A stretch of DNA of 21,265 nucleotides from Candidatus Rifleibacteriota bacterium (GTDB lineage Bacteria > Muiribacteriota > Ozemobacteria > Ozemobacterales > Ozemobacteraceae), in assembly GCA_051747585.1 (NCBI GenBank), contig JBNJGH010000060.1:1-21265 (forward strand), given 5' to 3'. Positions 1-9,364 of this stretch are shown one piece after another (positions within the stretch are counted from its first letter, which is position 1; every line of letters begins with the position of its first letter). The notes below the pieces were generated by a model, which did no database searches, was not told where the DNA came from, and saw only the letters and a list, made by a program, of their open reading frames with translations. The translations under genes were made by a program, and so were the position numbers.

Positions 1-57
1 AAGAGCTGCTTCAACTCTTTTATTACGGGGCAGATCTACACCTGCTATTCGAGCCAT
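1..57 (-). CDS. rpsM: 30S ribosomal protein uS13, 5' part only (runs off the window)
   Basis: Not in ORF track. Manual translation from ATG at 57 gives MARIAGVDLPRNKRVEAAL, the canonical S13 N-terminus. An AGGAGG SD lies upstream and the gene follows rpmJ as expected. Confidence 0.97.
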   Translation of the reverse strand, partial: MARIAGVDLPRNKRVEAAL

Positions 58-74
58 ACTTTTCCTCCTGAATT

Positions 75-188
75 TTAACCCTGTCGCTGCTTATGACGGG
101 GATTGTCGCAAATTACACGAATAATTCCACGACGCTTAATAACTTTACATTTTTCACAAATCTTTTTTACTGATGCCCTAACTCGCAT
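75..188 (-). CDS. rpmJ: 50S ribosomal protein bL36 (Zn-ribbon, C+ type)
   Basis: Below ORF-track cutoff. Manual translation gives [37 protein letters not shown] (37 aa) with CxxC..C..H. AGGAGG SD upstream. Confidence 0.98.
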   Translation of the reverse strand: MRVRASVKKICEKCKVIKRRGIIRVICDNPRHKQRQG

Positions 189-224
189 TTTTTTCCTCCT
201 GGAAAATTCTTCCGCTCACAGGGA

Positions 225-443
225 TCATTTGAAGCGGTAAACAATTCGCCCACGGGTCAAATCATAGGGTGTCAATTCAACGGTGACCTTATCTCCTGGT
301 AGGATGCGAATATAGTGCATTCTCATCTTACCAGAGATGTGAGCGAGAATAACGTGACCATTTTCAAGTTCTACCTTGAACATGGCATTAGGAAGAGGTT
401 CTATAACCTTTCCATTAACCTGAATGGTATCACTTTTGCTCAT
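225..443 (-). CDS. infA: Translation initiation factor IF-1
   Basis: 72 aa with [29 protein letters not shown] and YDLTRGRI motifs; expected position. Confidence 0.98.
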   Translation of the reverse strand: MSKSDTIQVNGKVIEPLPNAMFKVELENGHVILAHISGKMRMHYIRILPGDKVTVELTPYDLTRGRIVYRFK

Positions 444-466
444 ATATAGACTATTGCCCTTTCTTT

Positions 467-1231
467 TTAACCCGCCTGGCAGGTTGAGGTTAGTATCTTT
501 GGTCCGCTTTCTGTAACAGCAACCATGTGCTCGAAATGGGCCGAGAGACCTCCATCGCGGGTGATTGCTGTCCAGCCGTCATCTTTAATAATAACGTCCG
601 GACTACCTGTTGTAGCTATTGGTTCAATTGCAAGCACCATTCCAATTTCGAGCCGCGGCCCCTGATTTTCAGAGCCGAAATTAGGGATAGGCGGTTTTTC
701 ATGCAACTTTTTACCAATACCATGCCCAACAAATCTTCGGACTACTGACAAACCATTTTCATTAACCGTTTTTTCAATACTATGTGAAATTTTTCCCAAA
801 GTGTTGCCTGCAACCGCATTTTGGATTCCTATGTACAAAGCCTTTTGGGTAGCGGCAATAAGATTATCCAATTCGGCAGGAACATTATCGCCTAAGAATA
901 CGGTTTGCGCCATATCAGCAAAGTAGCCGTTTTTTTTTATTCCGATGTCAATGGTTAAGAGATCTTTTTCTTGAAGAACTCTACTTTTTGCGGGAATTCC
1001 GTGTACGACTTCTTCGTTGATGCTGGCGCATATATAACCCGGGAACCCTCTGTAGCCGAGAAATGCAGCTTTGCATTTCTCTTTTTCCATTAAGTCTCGG
1101 GCATAATCTGCCAGGTCCTGGGTAGAAACACCGGGTTTGGCCTGATGCTTTACCTTATCAAGAATGACCGATAGTATTCGGCCATTCTCCTGCATTATTT
1201 CTATTTCCTGTTGTGTTTTTAAGGAAATCAA
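467..1231 (-). CDS. map: Methionine aminopeptidase type I
   Basis: [12 protein letters not shown]...D, GHGIG..LHE, AIEP and SAHFEH metal-ligand motifs. TTG start overlaps the adk TGA stop (TTGA). Confidence 0.96.
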   Translation of the reverse strand: MISLKTQQEIEIMQENGRILSVILDKVKHQAKPGVSTQDLADYARDLMEKEKCKAAFLGYRGFPGYICASINEEVVHGIPAKSRVLQEKDLLTIDIGIKKNGYFADMAQTVFLGDNVPAELDNLIAATQKALYIGIQNAVAGNTLGKISHSIEKTVNENGLSVVRRFVGHGIGKKLHEKPPIPNFGSENQGPRLEIGMVLAIEPIATTGSPDVIIKDDGWTAITRDGGLSAHFEHMVAVTESGPKILTSTCQAG

Positions 1232-1896
1232 GGCGAATTTAGATTTTCAATTATATCACAGATTTCCTTAAAAATCATGTCAATTTTTTTATCGCCGTCA
1301 ACTCTGTGTAACAGGCCTTTTTCCTGATAAAATTGAATCAGAGGTGATGTCTGATCGTGATAAACTTTAAGGCGATTTAAAATAACTTCTTTAGAATCAT
1401 CTTTTCTCTGATAAAGCTTACTGCCGCATTTATCGCAGATTCCCTCTTTTTTTGGCTTAAGAAACTCGAGATGATAACTTGCGCCGCATTCAGAACAAAT
1501 TCTTCTGGCAGTCAATCTACTGGTTAAAACTTCGTCAGGAACTTCAATGCAAATAACTCCGCTGAGGGGAGCATTTTTTTTCTCTAGAAGTTTTTCCAGG
1601 TCTTTTGCCTGAGCAATAGTTCTGGGGAAACCGTCAAGAAGGAAACCATTCTGACAATCATCCTTGCTTATTCTTTTTAAGAGTATATCGAGAACGAGTT
1701 CATCCGGGACAAGAGCTCCGGCTGACATGTAGCTTTTGAGTTTTTGCGCAAGTTCATCACCTGAAGCTACCGTGGCCCTGATTAAATCTCCGGTAGAAAT
1801 CTGGGGAATACGGTATTTTTCGACAACCCTCTGAGCCTGGGTGCCTTTACCGGCACCCGGTGGCCCTAAGAATATCAGGTTGAGGTCTTTACTCAT
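1228..1896 (-). CDS. adk: Adenylate kinase with 4-Cys zinc lid
   Basis: GPPGAGKGTQA P-loop, LLDGFPRT, lid CSEC...CDKC. ATGA overlap with the secY stop. Confidence 0.98.
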   Translation of the reverse strand: MSKDLNLIFLGPPGAGKGTQAQRVVEKYRIPQISTGDLIRATVASGDELAQKLKSYMSAGALVPDELVLDILLKRISKDDCQNGFLLDGFPRTIAQAKDLEKLLEKKNAPLSGVICIEVPDEVLTSRLTARRICSECGASYHLEFLKPKKEGICDKCGSKLYQRKDDSKEVILNRLKVYHDQTSPLIQFYQEKGLLHRVDGDKKIDMIFKEICDIIENLNSP

Positions 1897-3200
1897 CGCA
1901 GCCCCTTCTTCTTCATGAAGCCTTCATAATGTCTGGTAACCAGATGAGACTCAAGCTGTCTCATAGTGTCAAGAGCAACACCAACGACGATCAGCAAAGC
2001 TGTTCCCCCAAAATAAAAGCTTACATTCATGAAACCTATTAGAAAGTTCGGAATAACAGCTACAATGGAGAGAAAAACACCGCCGGCAAGAGTAACTCTG
2101 GATACTGTTCTTTCCAGGAATTCTACGGTTTTCTGCCCGGCTCTAATACCGGGAATAAAGCCACCATACTTTTTCATATTGTCGGCAAGATCTTGTACGT
2201 TGAAGGTAATTGCCGTGTAGAAGTAGGTAAAGAATATAATCAGAGCTACATAAATAATTATATAAGAAGCGGTATTGTAATTAAAGATATTAAGAACCCA
2301 GAACACGATCGGGTTTTTAATAGCTTCCTGCATTGATTCAAGACTCTGAATCCAGTTAAACACCATTGAAGGGAACATCAATATGGAGCTTGCAAAGATA
2401 ACGGGAATAACTCCGGCCTGATTAACACGCAACGGGATATAAGTATTCTGTCCGCCATAAACTCGGCGACCAACGACTCTTTTTGCATATTGAACCGGAA
2501 TCTTGCGCACGCCATCCTGAACATAAACGATAGCCATAATAGTAATAACTACAAATAACAACAAGAAGATTGTCTTTACTACATCATTAGCATCGCCTGA
2601 AAACAGAGCGATCTGCTGGACAATTGCTTCAGGGAGGGAAGCAAGAATCCCGGCGGTAATCAAGATCGAGATACCGTTACCTATTCCGCGGCTTGTCATC
2701 TGCTCACCCAGCCACATAATAAACGCGGTTCCTGCGGTTAAGGTTATAACAGCCATAAGCTTGAAACCAATACCAGGATTTGGAACAACCTGGTATCTTT
2801 CAAGCATAAAGCTGATGCCTAATGCCTGCAATGCACCTATGAGAACTGTTCCATACCGAGTATACTGACTGATCAGTTTACGGCCCTCTTCGCCCTCTTC
2901 TTTGGAAAGATGTTCAAAATAAGGAATAACATATACAAGCAACTGCATAATGATTGATGCGTTGATGTAAGGTGCGATTCCGAGTGCGAATACTGAGAAT
3001 CTTCTCAATGCACCACCTGAGAACATGTTCAGGAAACTGAACAATTCAGATGATGGCAGGTTCTGGGTCAGAAGCTTGGCATCTACTCCGGGAGTCGGAA
3101 TATGAGTTCCGATCCTGAATACGAGAATCATACCAAGGGTGAAAAGGATTCGATTCCGCAATTCCGGAATCTTCATGGAGTTCGACAGGCTCTGCAGCAA
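1893..3200 (-). CDS. secY: Preprotein translocase subunit SecY
   Basis: Multi-TM protein with FALGIAPYINASII, WLGEQMT..GIGNGIS, AGVIPVIFA, IPGIRAG and GGTALLIVVGV. TTG start abuts the rplO stop. Confidence 0.98.
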   Translation of the reverse strand: MLQSLSNSMKIPELRNRILFTLGMILVFRIGTHIPTPGVDAKLLTQNLPSSELFSFLNMFSGGALRRFSVFALGIAPYINASIIMQLLVYVIPYFEHLSKEEGEEGRKLISQYTRYGTVLIGALQALGISFMLERYQVVPNPGIGFKLMAVITLTAGTAFIMWLGEQMTSRGIGNGISILITAGILASLPEAIVQQIALFSGDANDVVKTIFLLLFVVITIMAIVYVQDGVRKIPVQYAKRVVGRRVYGGQNTYIPLRVNQAGVIPVIFASSILMFPSMVFNWIQSLESMQEAIKNPIVFWVLNIFNYNTASYIIIYVALIIFFTYFYTAITFNVQDLADNMKKYGGFIPGIRAGQKTVEFLERTVSRVTLAGGVFLSIVAVIPNFLIGFMNVSFYFGGTALLIVVGVALDTMRQLESHLVTRHYEGFMKKKGLR

Positions 3201-3650
3201 TTAGATCACCTCCGCTTTTCCACCAGCTTTTTCAATTTTATCTTTGGCGGAATTGGAAAACCTATGGGCTTTAACATTAAGGACCTTGTTAATTTCGCCC
3301 CGGGCCAGAATTTTAACTGGTTGTTTAAGATTTTTTACTAATCCTTTTTCGGCCATCAATTCGATTGTTACATCAGTATTGGCTTCAAAAGCTTTATCAA
3401 GGTCTGCAAGGTTTACCAGGCTGTAAACAACTTTGCGATATGGAGCAAAACCGCGTTTTGGAAGAATACGAACGAGACGCATCTGTCCGCCTTCAAAACC
3501 AGAGTATGGATGGGGTTTTCCTGAGCGGGCTAATTGTCCGCCCTGGCCAGCAGTGGCCTGGTTACCCATACCGGACCCTTTACCGCGCCCTACTCTTCTT
3601 CGCTTAGTGGTAGACCCATTAGCCTTTCTAAGATTGCCAAGATTTAACAT
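3201..3650 (-). CDS. rplO: 50S ribosomal protein uL15
   Basis: RVGRG, GFEGGQM..RILPKRGF, VKILARG and AKDKIEKAGG motifs; position before secY. Confidence 0.96.
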   Translation of the reverse strand: MLNLGNLRKANGSTTKRRRVGRGKGSGMGNQATAGQGGQLARSGKPHPYSGFEGGQMRLVRILPKRGFAPYRKVVYSLVNLADLDKAFEANTDVTIELMAEKGLVKNLKQPVKILARGEINKVLNVKAHRFSNSAKDKIEKAGGKAEVI

Positions 3651-3662
3651 TTCAAGGTCTCC

Positions 3663-3842
3663 TTACTTAACTTCAACCCAGCGCTGAACCTTATTGATCA
3701 TGCCAAGAATCTGAGGAGTAGCCTTCTGGCTTACTTCCTGCTGCATCTTGCGCAGACCCAACGCTTTAAGGGTTTCTCTCTGACGCCCGTTGGCGCCAAT
3801 AAAGCTTTTTACGAGCTTAATTGTCACTTCTTTTTCTGCCAT
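3663..3842 (-). CDS. rpmD: 50S ribosomal protein uL30
   Basis: Below ORF-track cutoff. Manual translation gives MAEKEVTIKLVKSFIGANGRQRETLKALGLRKMQQEVSQKATPQILGMINKVQRWVEVK (59 aa). AAGGAG SD; lies between rpsE and rplO. Confidence 0.96.
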   Translation of the reverse strand: MAEKEVTIKLVKSFIGANGRQRETLKALGLRKMQQEVSQKATPQILGMINKVQRWVEVK

Positions 3843-3853
3843 AGTGCTTCTCC

Positions 3854-4393
3854 TTAGCCGTTAATGACCTGTGCAGGCGGAATACCGCGCTGCTTGGACA
3901 CTATTTCAACTCCGCGCATTTCACGAAGTGCGTTCATAGTAGCCTTGGCCATATTCACCGGATTTTTACTTCCAACGCGCTTGGCAAGGACATCTTTCAC
4001 ACCAAGAGCTTCAAATATAGCTCTTACGGCACCACCGGCAATAACACCGGTTCCGGGTGCTGCAGGTCTTAATACTACCTGAGCTGAACCGAATTTGCCA
4101 ATGTAAGGGTGAGTGATAGTGTCTTTGTTCATTGGAACGGTAATCAAGTTTTTACGAGCCTGTTGCAGGCCTTTTCTAACCGCATCTGGAACACCTTTTG
4201 CTTTACCTATGGCAATACCAACCTTGCCCTTCTGGTCGCCAATGCAAACCAGAACGGAAAAACCAAATGTGCGTCCACCTTTAACGGTTTTACTAACACG
4301 ATTTACAGCAATTATTTTTTCGGTATATTCGTTTTCTTCCTGTTCACGGCCGCGACCGCCACGTCGAAAACGAGGATTTCCACTTCTATTCAT
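3854..4393 (-). CDS. rpsE: 30S ribosomal protein uS5
   Basis: NRVSKTVKGGR and PAAPGTGVIAGGAVRA motifs. Confidence 0.98.
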   Translation of the reverse strand: MNRSGNPRFRRGGRGREQEENEYTEKIIAVNRVSKTVKGGRTFGFSVLVCIGDQKGKVGIAIGKAKGVPDAVRKGLQQARKNLITVPMNKDTITHPYIGKFGSAQVVLRPAAPGTGVIAGGAVRAIFEALGVKDVLAKRVGSKNPVNMAKATMNALREMRGVEIVSKQRGIPPAQVING

Positions 4394-4402
4394 CGGTTCC
4401 TC

Positions 4403-4762
4403 CTAGAATTTCAAGCCAGCGGATCTGGCACCTTCAGCCAGTTCCTTGACGCGACCATGATATTTGAATCCACCTTTATCAAATACCACAGCGGTTATGC
4501 CTTGTTCTTTAGCTCTTTCGGCTACCTTCTGGCCAACCTGTTTTGCGCCATCTTTGTTGCCACCACTAACAGAACCGCGCAGATCTTTATCCAGCGAACT
4601 GGCCATTACCAGAGTCTTGCCACTTTCATCGTCGATGATCTGGGCATAGATATGCTTAAGACTTCTGAATACTGCCAGTCGAGGTTTCTGGGCAGTTCCG
4701 GACAAATAAAATCTGCTGCGATAATGACGTCGTTGACGCATATCTTTTTTATTTAATTTCAT
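4403..4762 (-). CDS. rplR: 50S ribosomal protein uL18
   Basis: [32 protein letters not shown]-terminal GLKF. Confidence 0.98.
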   Translation of the reverse strand: MKLNKKDMRQRRHYRSRFYLSGTAQKPRLAVFRSLKHIYAQIIDDESGKTLVMASSLDKDLRGSVSGGNKDGAKQVGQKVAERAKEQGITAVVFDKGGFKYHGRVKELAEGARSAGLKF

Positions 4763-4783
4763 ATTCTACCTTCCTTTACTGCC

Positions 4784-5329
4784 TTAGGCTGCAAGCTTTT
4801 TACCAACCTTGATGCGAACATTCTCGCCAAGGTATCTGATACCAGCGCCATCCTTATAATGCTTAGGAGGTCTGACTTTACGGATTTCTGCTGCAGTCTG
4901 TCCAATAGCTTCTTTATCTACGCCTTCAACAAAGACCTTATTGCCTTCAACTTTAAGAGCTACGCCTTCGGGTGCTTCATAAACGACCGGGTGGGAATAA
5001 CCAACATTGAGTTGAATTTTGCTCGGACCCTGACTTTGGGCCTTATAACCAACCCCGATTATTTCGAGACCAATTTTAAAGCCTTCGCTGGTGCCAATAA
5101 CCATATTGTTTATCAAACTTCTAACCAGGCCAAATTTAGACCTGATAGGTTTATTACTGTTTTCAGGAATTGAACAAACGATTTTGTCTTCCACTTGCTC
5201 AAATTTAACGCCTTCGGGCATAGTTTTACTTATTAAACCCTTAGGGCCTTTTACTGAAATAGAAAGACCATCTATTTTAACTTCAACTCCCTTGGGAACT
5301 TTTACAGGTGTTTTTCCAATTCGTGACAT
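4784..5329 (-). CDS. rplF: 50S ribosomal protein uL6
   Basis: MSRIGKTPV, VKGPKG, GVGYKA and GYSHPV motifs. Confidence 0.98.
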   Translation of the reverse strand: MSRIGKTPVKVPKGVEVKIDGLSISVKGPKGLISKTMPEGVKFEQVEDKIVCSIPENSNKPIRSKFGLVRSLINNMVIGTSEGFKIGLEIIGVGYKAQSQGPSKIQLNVGYSHPVVYEAPEGVALKVEGNKVFVEGVDKEAIGQTAAEIRKVRPPKHYKDGAGIRYLGENVRIKVGKKLAA

Positions 5330-5344
5330 TTAATTTCCTCCTGA

Positions 5345-5743
5345 CTACCAGACGCGGCAGATAATTTCTCCGCCGACTCCGGCCTTTCGGGCTTCTTTAT
5401 CAGTCATGATGCCCTTGGAAGTTGAGAGAATAGCTACCCCCAGGCCACCAAGAACTTTAGGGATCTCGGTTTTGCCGGAGTATCTTCTAAGACCGGGTTT
5501 TGAAACTCTTTCAATACCCATTATAGTGGCAGCACTCTTTTCTCCGTATTTCAAAAACACTTTTAAATTAAATTTATTCTGGAACTTGTAATATCTGAAA
5601 TCCCGGATATACCCTTCTTTTTTGAGGATCTTTGCAATTTCGATCTTCATTTTAGAAGAAGGCATTTCTACACTTTCATGCCTTACAGAGTTGGCATTCC
5701 GGATTCGAGTCAGCATATCACCAATAGGATCTGTCATACTCAT
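5345..5743 (-). CDS. rpsH: 30S ribosomal protein uS8
   Basis: [35 protein letters not shown] motifs. Confidence 0.98.
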   Translation of the reverse strand: MSMTDPIGDMLTRIRNANSVRHESVEMPSSKMKIEIAKILKKEGYIRDFRYYKFQNKFNLKVFLKYGEKSAATIMGIERVSKPGLRRYSGKTEIPKVLGGLGVAILSTSKGIMTDKEARKAGVGGEIICRVW

Positions 5744-5759
5744 AATCTAATTCTCCTTC

Positions 5760-5945
5760 TTACCAACTTGATTTTGTAACGCCCGGGATTCTTCCTATTG
5801 AAGCAAGGTCCCTGAAACAGATGCGACACATCTGAAAATCTCTCATATAACCGCGAGGCCGACCACAAATATTGCAGCGGTTGTAGCGGCGGGTAGAAAA
5901 CTTGGGAGTTTTCATCCATTTTTTCACTAATGCTTTCTTTGCCAT
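5760..5945 (-). CDS. rpsN: 30S ribosomal protein uS14, short zinc-binding (type Z) form
   Basis: 61 aa; [10 protein letters not shown]...MCRICFR...IPGVTKSSW. Confidence 0.97.
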   Translation of the reverse strand: MAKKALVKKWMKTPKFSTRRYNRCNICGRPRGYMRDFQMCRICFRDLASIGRIPGVTKSSW

Positions 5946-5959
5946 AACAACTCCTTTTC

Positions 5960-6550
5960 TTACTGCTTCTTCGTGGGTTTTCTAAACGGCATGCCCATCA
6001 TTTCGAGAAGCTCCCTGGCTTCACCATCGTTTTGAGCGGTGGTAACTAATGTAATGTTCATACCCTGAACTCTATCAACTGAATCATAATTGATTTCAGG
6101 GAAAACCAGCTGTTCCTGCAAACCGAGGCTGTAATTACCTCTTCCGTCAAAAGCTTTCGGAGAAAGACCACGAAAGTCTCTTATACGAGGAATAACAACG
6201 GTAAATAGTTTATCCAGGAAATAAAATGACCTATCACCCCGAAGTGTTACGCGACAACCGATTGGTACGCCTGCGCGCAATTTAAAATTAGAAATAGATT
6301 TTCTAGCGCGAGTAACAACAGGCTTTTGCCCTGCAATCATAGTTAACTCTCTCGTAGCTGCTTCAAGAAGTTTAGCGTTCTGAGTAGCCTGTCCGACGCC
6401 CATATTAATAACCACTTTGGTAACTTTGGGTACTCGCATCGGATTACCGAACTTGGACACCAATTTCGGAGCGATTTCTTTCAGATACTTCTCTTTCAGC
6501 CTTGGGAGAGACTTTGTTCCTTGTTCGGAACCTTTTTCTGTCTTTGCCAT
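5960..6550 (-). CDS. rplE: 50S ribosomal protein uL5
   Basis: [30 protein letters not shown] and FDGRGNY motifs; short N-terminal extension. Confidence 0.98.
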   Translation of the reverse strand: MAKTEKGSEQGTKSLPRLKEKYLKEIAPKLVSKFGNPMRVPKVTKVVINMGVGQATQNAKLLEAATRELTMIAGQKPVVTRARKSISNFKLRAGVPIGCRVTLRGDRSFYFLDKLFTVVIPRIRDFRGLSPKAFDGRGNYSLGLQEQLVFPEINYDSVDRVQGMNITLVTTAQNDGEARELLEMMGMPFRKPTKKQ

Positions 6551-6591
6551 GCCGAATCTCCTTTATTTTTTCCTGATGGACATCAGGTTAA

Positions 6592-6945
6592 TTACTTACG
6601 GCCAAGAGGCTCGTCAGTTTTAGCACATACGCGGTTTTTTTCGCCGCCCTGGGTAACGATTTTTGCTTTTGTAAGGCCTTTTCCGTCAGGAGTAAGCAAA
6701 CCAAGATTGCTTATGGCAACGGGGCCTTCTTTATCGATGATCCCGCCCTTACCAAGACTTTTACTTGGTCGGGTGTGTCTCTTTACGATATTAACGCCTT
6801 CCACATAGGCCTGGCCCTTTTCTGCATTTACAGTAAGAACCCTGCCCTTTTTACCTTTGTCTTCACCGCTGAGAACAACTACCATATCATCTTTTTTGAT
6901 GTGAGGTTTTGCTACAGCGCGTCTAGCTTTAACTTTTTTATGCAT
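6592..6945 (-). CDS. rplX: 50S ribosomal protein uL24
   Basis: KOW motif IKKDDMVVVLSGEDKGKKG, VEGVNIVKRH, GGIIDKEGP..SN. Confidence 0.96.
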   Translation of the reverse strand: MHKKVKARRAVAKPHIKKDDMVVVLSGEDKGKKGRVLTVNAEKGQAYVEGVNIVKRHTRPSKSLGKGGIIDKEGPVAISNLGLLTPDGKGLTKAKIVTQGGEKNRVCAKTDEPLGRK

Positions 6946-6955
6946 TATATGCCCC

Positions 6956-7324
6956 CTAGATAACTTCTGGTGCCAGGGAAACGATTTTCATGAACTGTTT
7001 TTCACGAAGCTCTCTGGCAACCGGCCCGAATATACGGGTTCCACGTGGGTTATTATCATCGTTAATAACAACTGCCGCATTATCATCGAAGCGAATAAAG
7101 CTTCCGTCTAAGCGACGGTGCTCTTTTTTGGTACGAACGATAACAGCTTTTACCACTTCCTTCTTTTTAACGGTCCCATCAGGGATGGCATCTTTAACCG
7201 AAGCAATGATAATATCACCAACACCGCCGTAATTACGCTTACTGCCACCGGTTACCCGGATACAGAGCAGTTTTTTGGCACCGGAGTTGTCAGCAACTTT
7301 AAGTACGCTTTCCTGTTGAATCAT
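6956..7324 (-). CDS. rplN: 50S ribosomal protein uL14
   Basis: [34 protein letters not shown] motifs. Confidence 0.99.
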   Translation of the reverse strand: MIQQESVLKVADNSGAKKLLCIRVTGGSKRNYGGVGDIIIASVKDAIPDGTVKKKEVVKAVIVRTKKEHRRLDGSFIRFDDNAAVVINDDNNPRGTRIFGPVARELREKQFMKIVSLAPEVI

Positions 7325-7335
7325 TACTGGACTCC

Positions 7336-7608
7336 TTACTCTACGATAGAACCGGCGGATTTAACTACTTCGCGCACGATCCATTTTTTGGTCTTACTGA
7401 TTGGTCTGCACTCTTCGACACGAACCATATCACCGACTTTACATTCTTCTTCGGGGTCATGCACCAGAAATCTGGTATGACGCTTAATGTATTTTTTAAA
7501 CCGAGGATGCTGAACAATACCTTCTATTTCAACTTTAATAGTTTTTTTTGTGCTGTCAGCAATTACTTTACCGACTCGGCTTCTTCGAATCTTTTTGGTT
7601 TTTTCCAT
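7336..7608 (-). CDS. rpsQ: 30S ribosomal protein uS17
   Basis: KTIKV, HP..KKY, HD..GD.V...[11 protein letters not shown] motifs. Confidence 0.97.
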   Translation of the reverse strand: MEKTKKIRRSRVGKVIADSTKKTIKVEIEGIVQHPRFKKYIKRHTRFLVHDPEEECKVGDMVRVEECRPISKTKKWIVREVVKSAGSIVE

Positions 7609-7621
7609 GATTTCCTCCTAA

Positions 7622-8254
7622 TTAAAAGGGAAGCCGGCCTGCGGTCAGTTCGCGCTGCAGAGCTCGAATATTTTCGAGTTCACGCAGTTTGGCACGCTTG
7701 GTTTCCTTAAGATTAGCAATTTGAGAAGCTTCATTTAATCCCATTTCAGACAATTTGTCAAGGAACTTCTTTCTAATTGTACATTTTGGGTCTTTTAATC
7801 TTTTAGAAACGGCTCTAAGCTGGACTTCTTCTTTACCTTTTGAATTTCTAAGTTTTTTAGAAACTTCACTTCTGATTGTTTTAATCAGCTCAGCAACTTT
7901 TTTATCGCAACTGGTGCGGATTTCCTTATCAACCATTTTAGCTTTTCTGGTAAGGCGACTTTTAAGCTGGGAAATTTTTTCACGAAGTGGTGTCTTCATT
8001 GAATCAATTTTCTCTTCCTTAAGCAAAGCATCATATTCATCTTTAAGCATCTGATGAAGTTTAGCCTTTTCCATTCTGGTCAGATAGGTTTTTACGCGAG
8101 CTATGTTGCGGCGCACAATGCTTATCCTCGAGGGATTAGACAACTGACCTGTTACCGCCTGAAATCTCAGGTTGAACAGTTCTTCTTTGTAATGTTTATA
8201 TTTTAGTTCGAGTTCCTGCTCGTTCAGTTCAGAAAAATCTTCTCGACTCTTCAT
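7622..8254 (-). CDS. rpmC: 50S ribosomal protein uL29 with ~147-aa C-terminal extension
   Basis: Residues 1-63 match L29 ([30 protein letters not shown]). The frame continues to 210 aa and ends 13 nt before rpsQ. Position between rplP and rpsQ. Confidence 0.93.
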   Translation of the reverse strand: MKSREDFSELNEQELELKYKHYKEELFNLRFQAVTGQLSNPSRISIVRRNIARVKTYLTRMEKAKLHQMLKDEYDALLKEEKIDSMKTPLREKISQLKSRLTRKAKMVDKEIRTSCDKKVAELIKTIRSEVSKKLRNSKGKEEVQLRAVSKRLKDPKCTIRKKFLDKLSEMGLNEASQIANLKETKRAKLRELENIRALQRELTAGRLPF

Positions 8255-8269
8255 GTTTCACCTTCCTAC

Positions 8270-8680
8270 TTACATTTTGCCGGATACTACCTGACAGCGA
8301 ATCGGTAATTTATTAGCTGCCTGGCTGAGAGATTTGATAGCAACACTTTCAGGTACGCCTTCGAGTTCGAACAGAATACGACCTGGTTTAACGACTGCTA
8401 CCCAGAATTCAGGAGCGCCTTTACCCTTACCCATACGGGTTTCGAGAGGCTTTTTAGAAACAGGTTTATCGGGAAAAATTCTTATCCACATTTTACCTGA
8501 ACGTTTAACGGTTCTGGTAATTACCTTACGAGCTGCTTCGATCTGAGCACTTGTGATCCAATGAGGATCAAGAGCCTGAAGACCGTAGGACCCAAACGCG
8601 AGATATTTTCCGCCTTTAGCTTCGCCCTTCATTCTTCCACGATGCTGCTTTCTGAATTTTGTTCTGGCTGGAATCAACAT
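8270..8680 (-). CDS. rplP: 50S ribosomal protein uL16
   Basis: [23 protein letters not shown] and RMGKGKG motifs. Confidence 0.98.
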   Translation of the reverse strand: MLIPARTKFRKQHRGRMKGEAKGGKYLAFGSYGLQALDPHWITSAQIEAARKVITRTVKRSGKMWIRIFPDKPVSKKPLETRMGKGKGAPEFWVAVVKPGRILFELEGVPESVAIKSLSQAANKLPIRCQVVSGKM

Positions 8681-8695
8681 AGTTCGGGTTCCTCC

Positions 8696-9364
8696 TTACT
8701 TTTTAGCTTCGCGGCTTGCAAAGTTCTGTTTGCCAATCTTTTCGCCTTTAAAGATCCATACTTTCACACCAACACAACCAAAAGTTGTAATTGCAGTGTC
8801 TTTAGCATAGTCAATATCAGCACGAAGAGTATGCAATGGAACTCTGCCTTCGCGAACCCATTCGCATCTGGCAATTTCGGCGCCGTTCAGTCTACCTGAA
8901 CAGGTAACTTTGATACCCTGAGCACCGGCTCTCATGGCACGACCGATTGTCTGTTTAATCGCACGACGATGTGACACTCTGCGTTCGAGCTGCAAAGCTA
9001 TACTTTCAGCGATAAGCTTGGCTTCAGTATCAGGCGATTTGATTTCCTGAATATTCAGGAAAACAGACTTTCCAGTCATTTTTTCAAGTTCTTTTTTGAG
9101 TATTTCTACTCTTTCGCCACCACGGCCGATAATAACGCCGGGTTTGGCTGTATAAATAGTTACACGCAGTTTATTATTTGACTTACGTTCGATTTCAATA
9201 CTGCCGATTCCTTCGCGGCGGAACTGTTTGTTATCGATGAATTCACGGATCTTCACATCTTCATGAAGAAAAGTTGCATAGTCGCTGCGTTTGGCGAACC
9301 ATCTTGAATCCCAGGTTCGGGTAATACCAAGACGAATTCCAACAGGGTTTACTTTCTGTCCCAT
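8696..9364 (-). CDS. rpsC: 30S ribosomal protein uS3
   Basis: [51 protein letters not shown] overlap with the rplV stop. Confidence 0.98.
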   Translation of the reverse strand: MGQKVNPVGIRLGITRTWDSRWFAKRSDYATFLHEDVKIREFIDNKQFRREGIGSIEIERKSNNKLRVTIYTAKPGVIIGRGGERVEILKKELEKMTGKSVFLNIQEIKSPDTEAKLIAESIALQLERRVSHRRAIKQTIGRAMRAGAQGIKVTCSGRLNGAEIARCEWVREGRVPLHTLRADIDYAKDTAITTFGCVGVKVWIFKGEKIGKQNFASREAKK

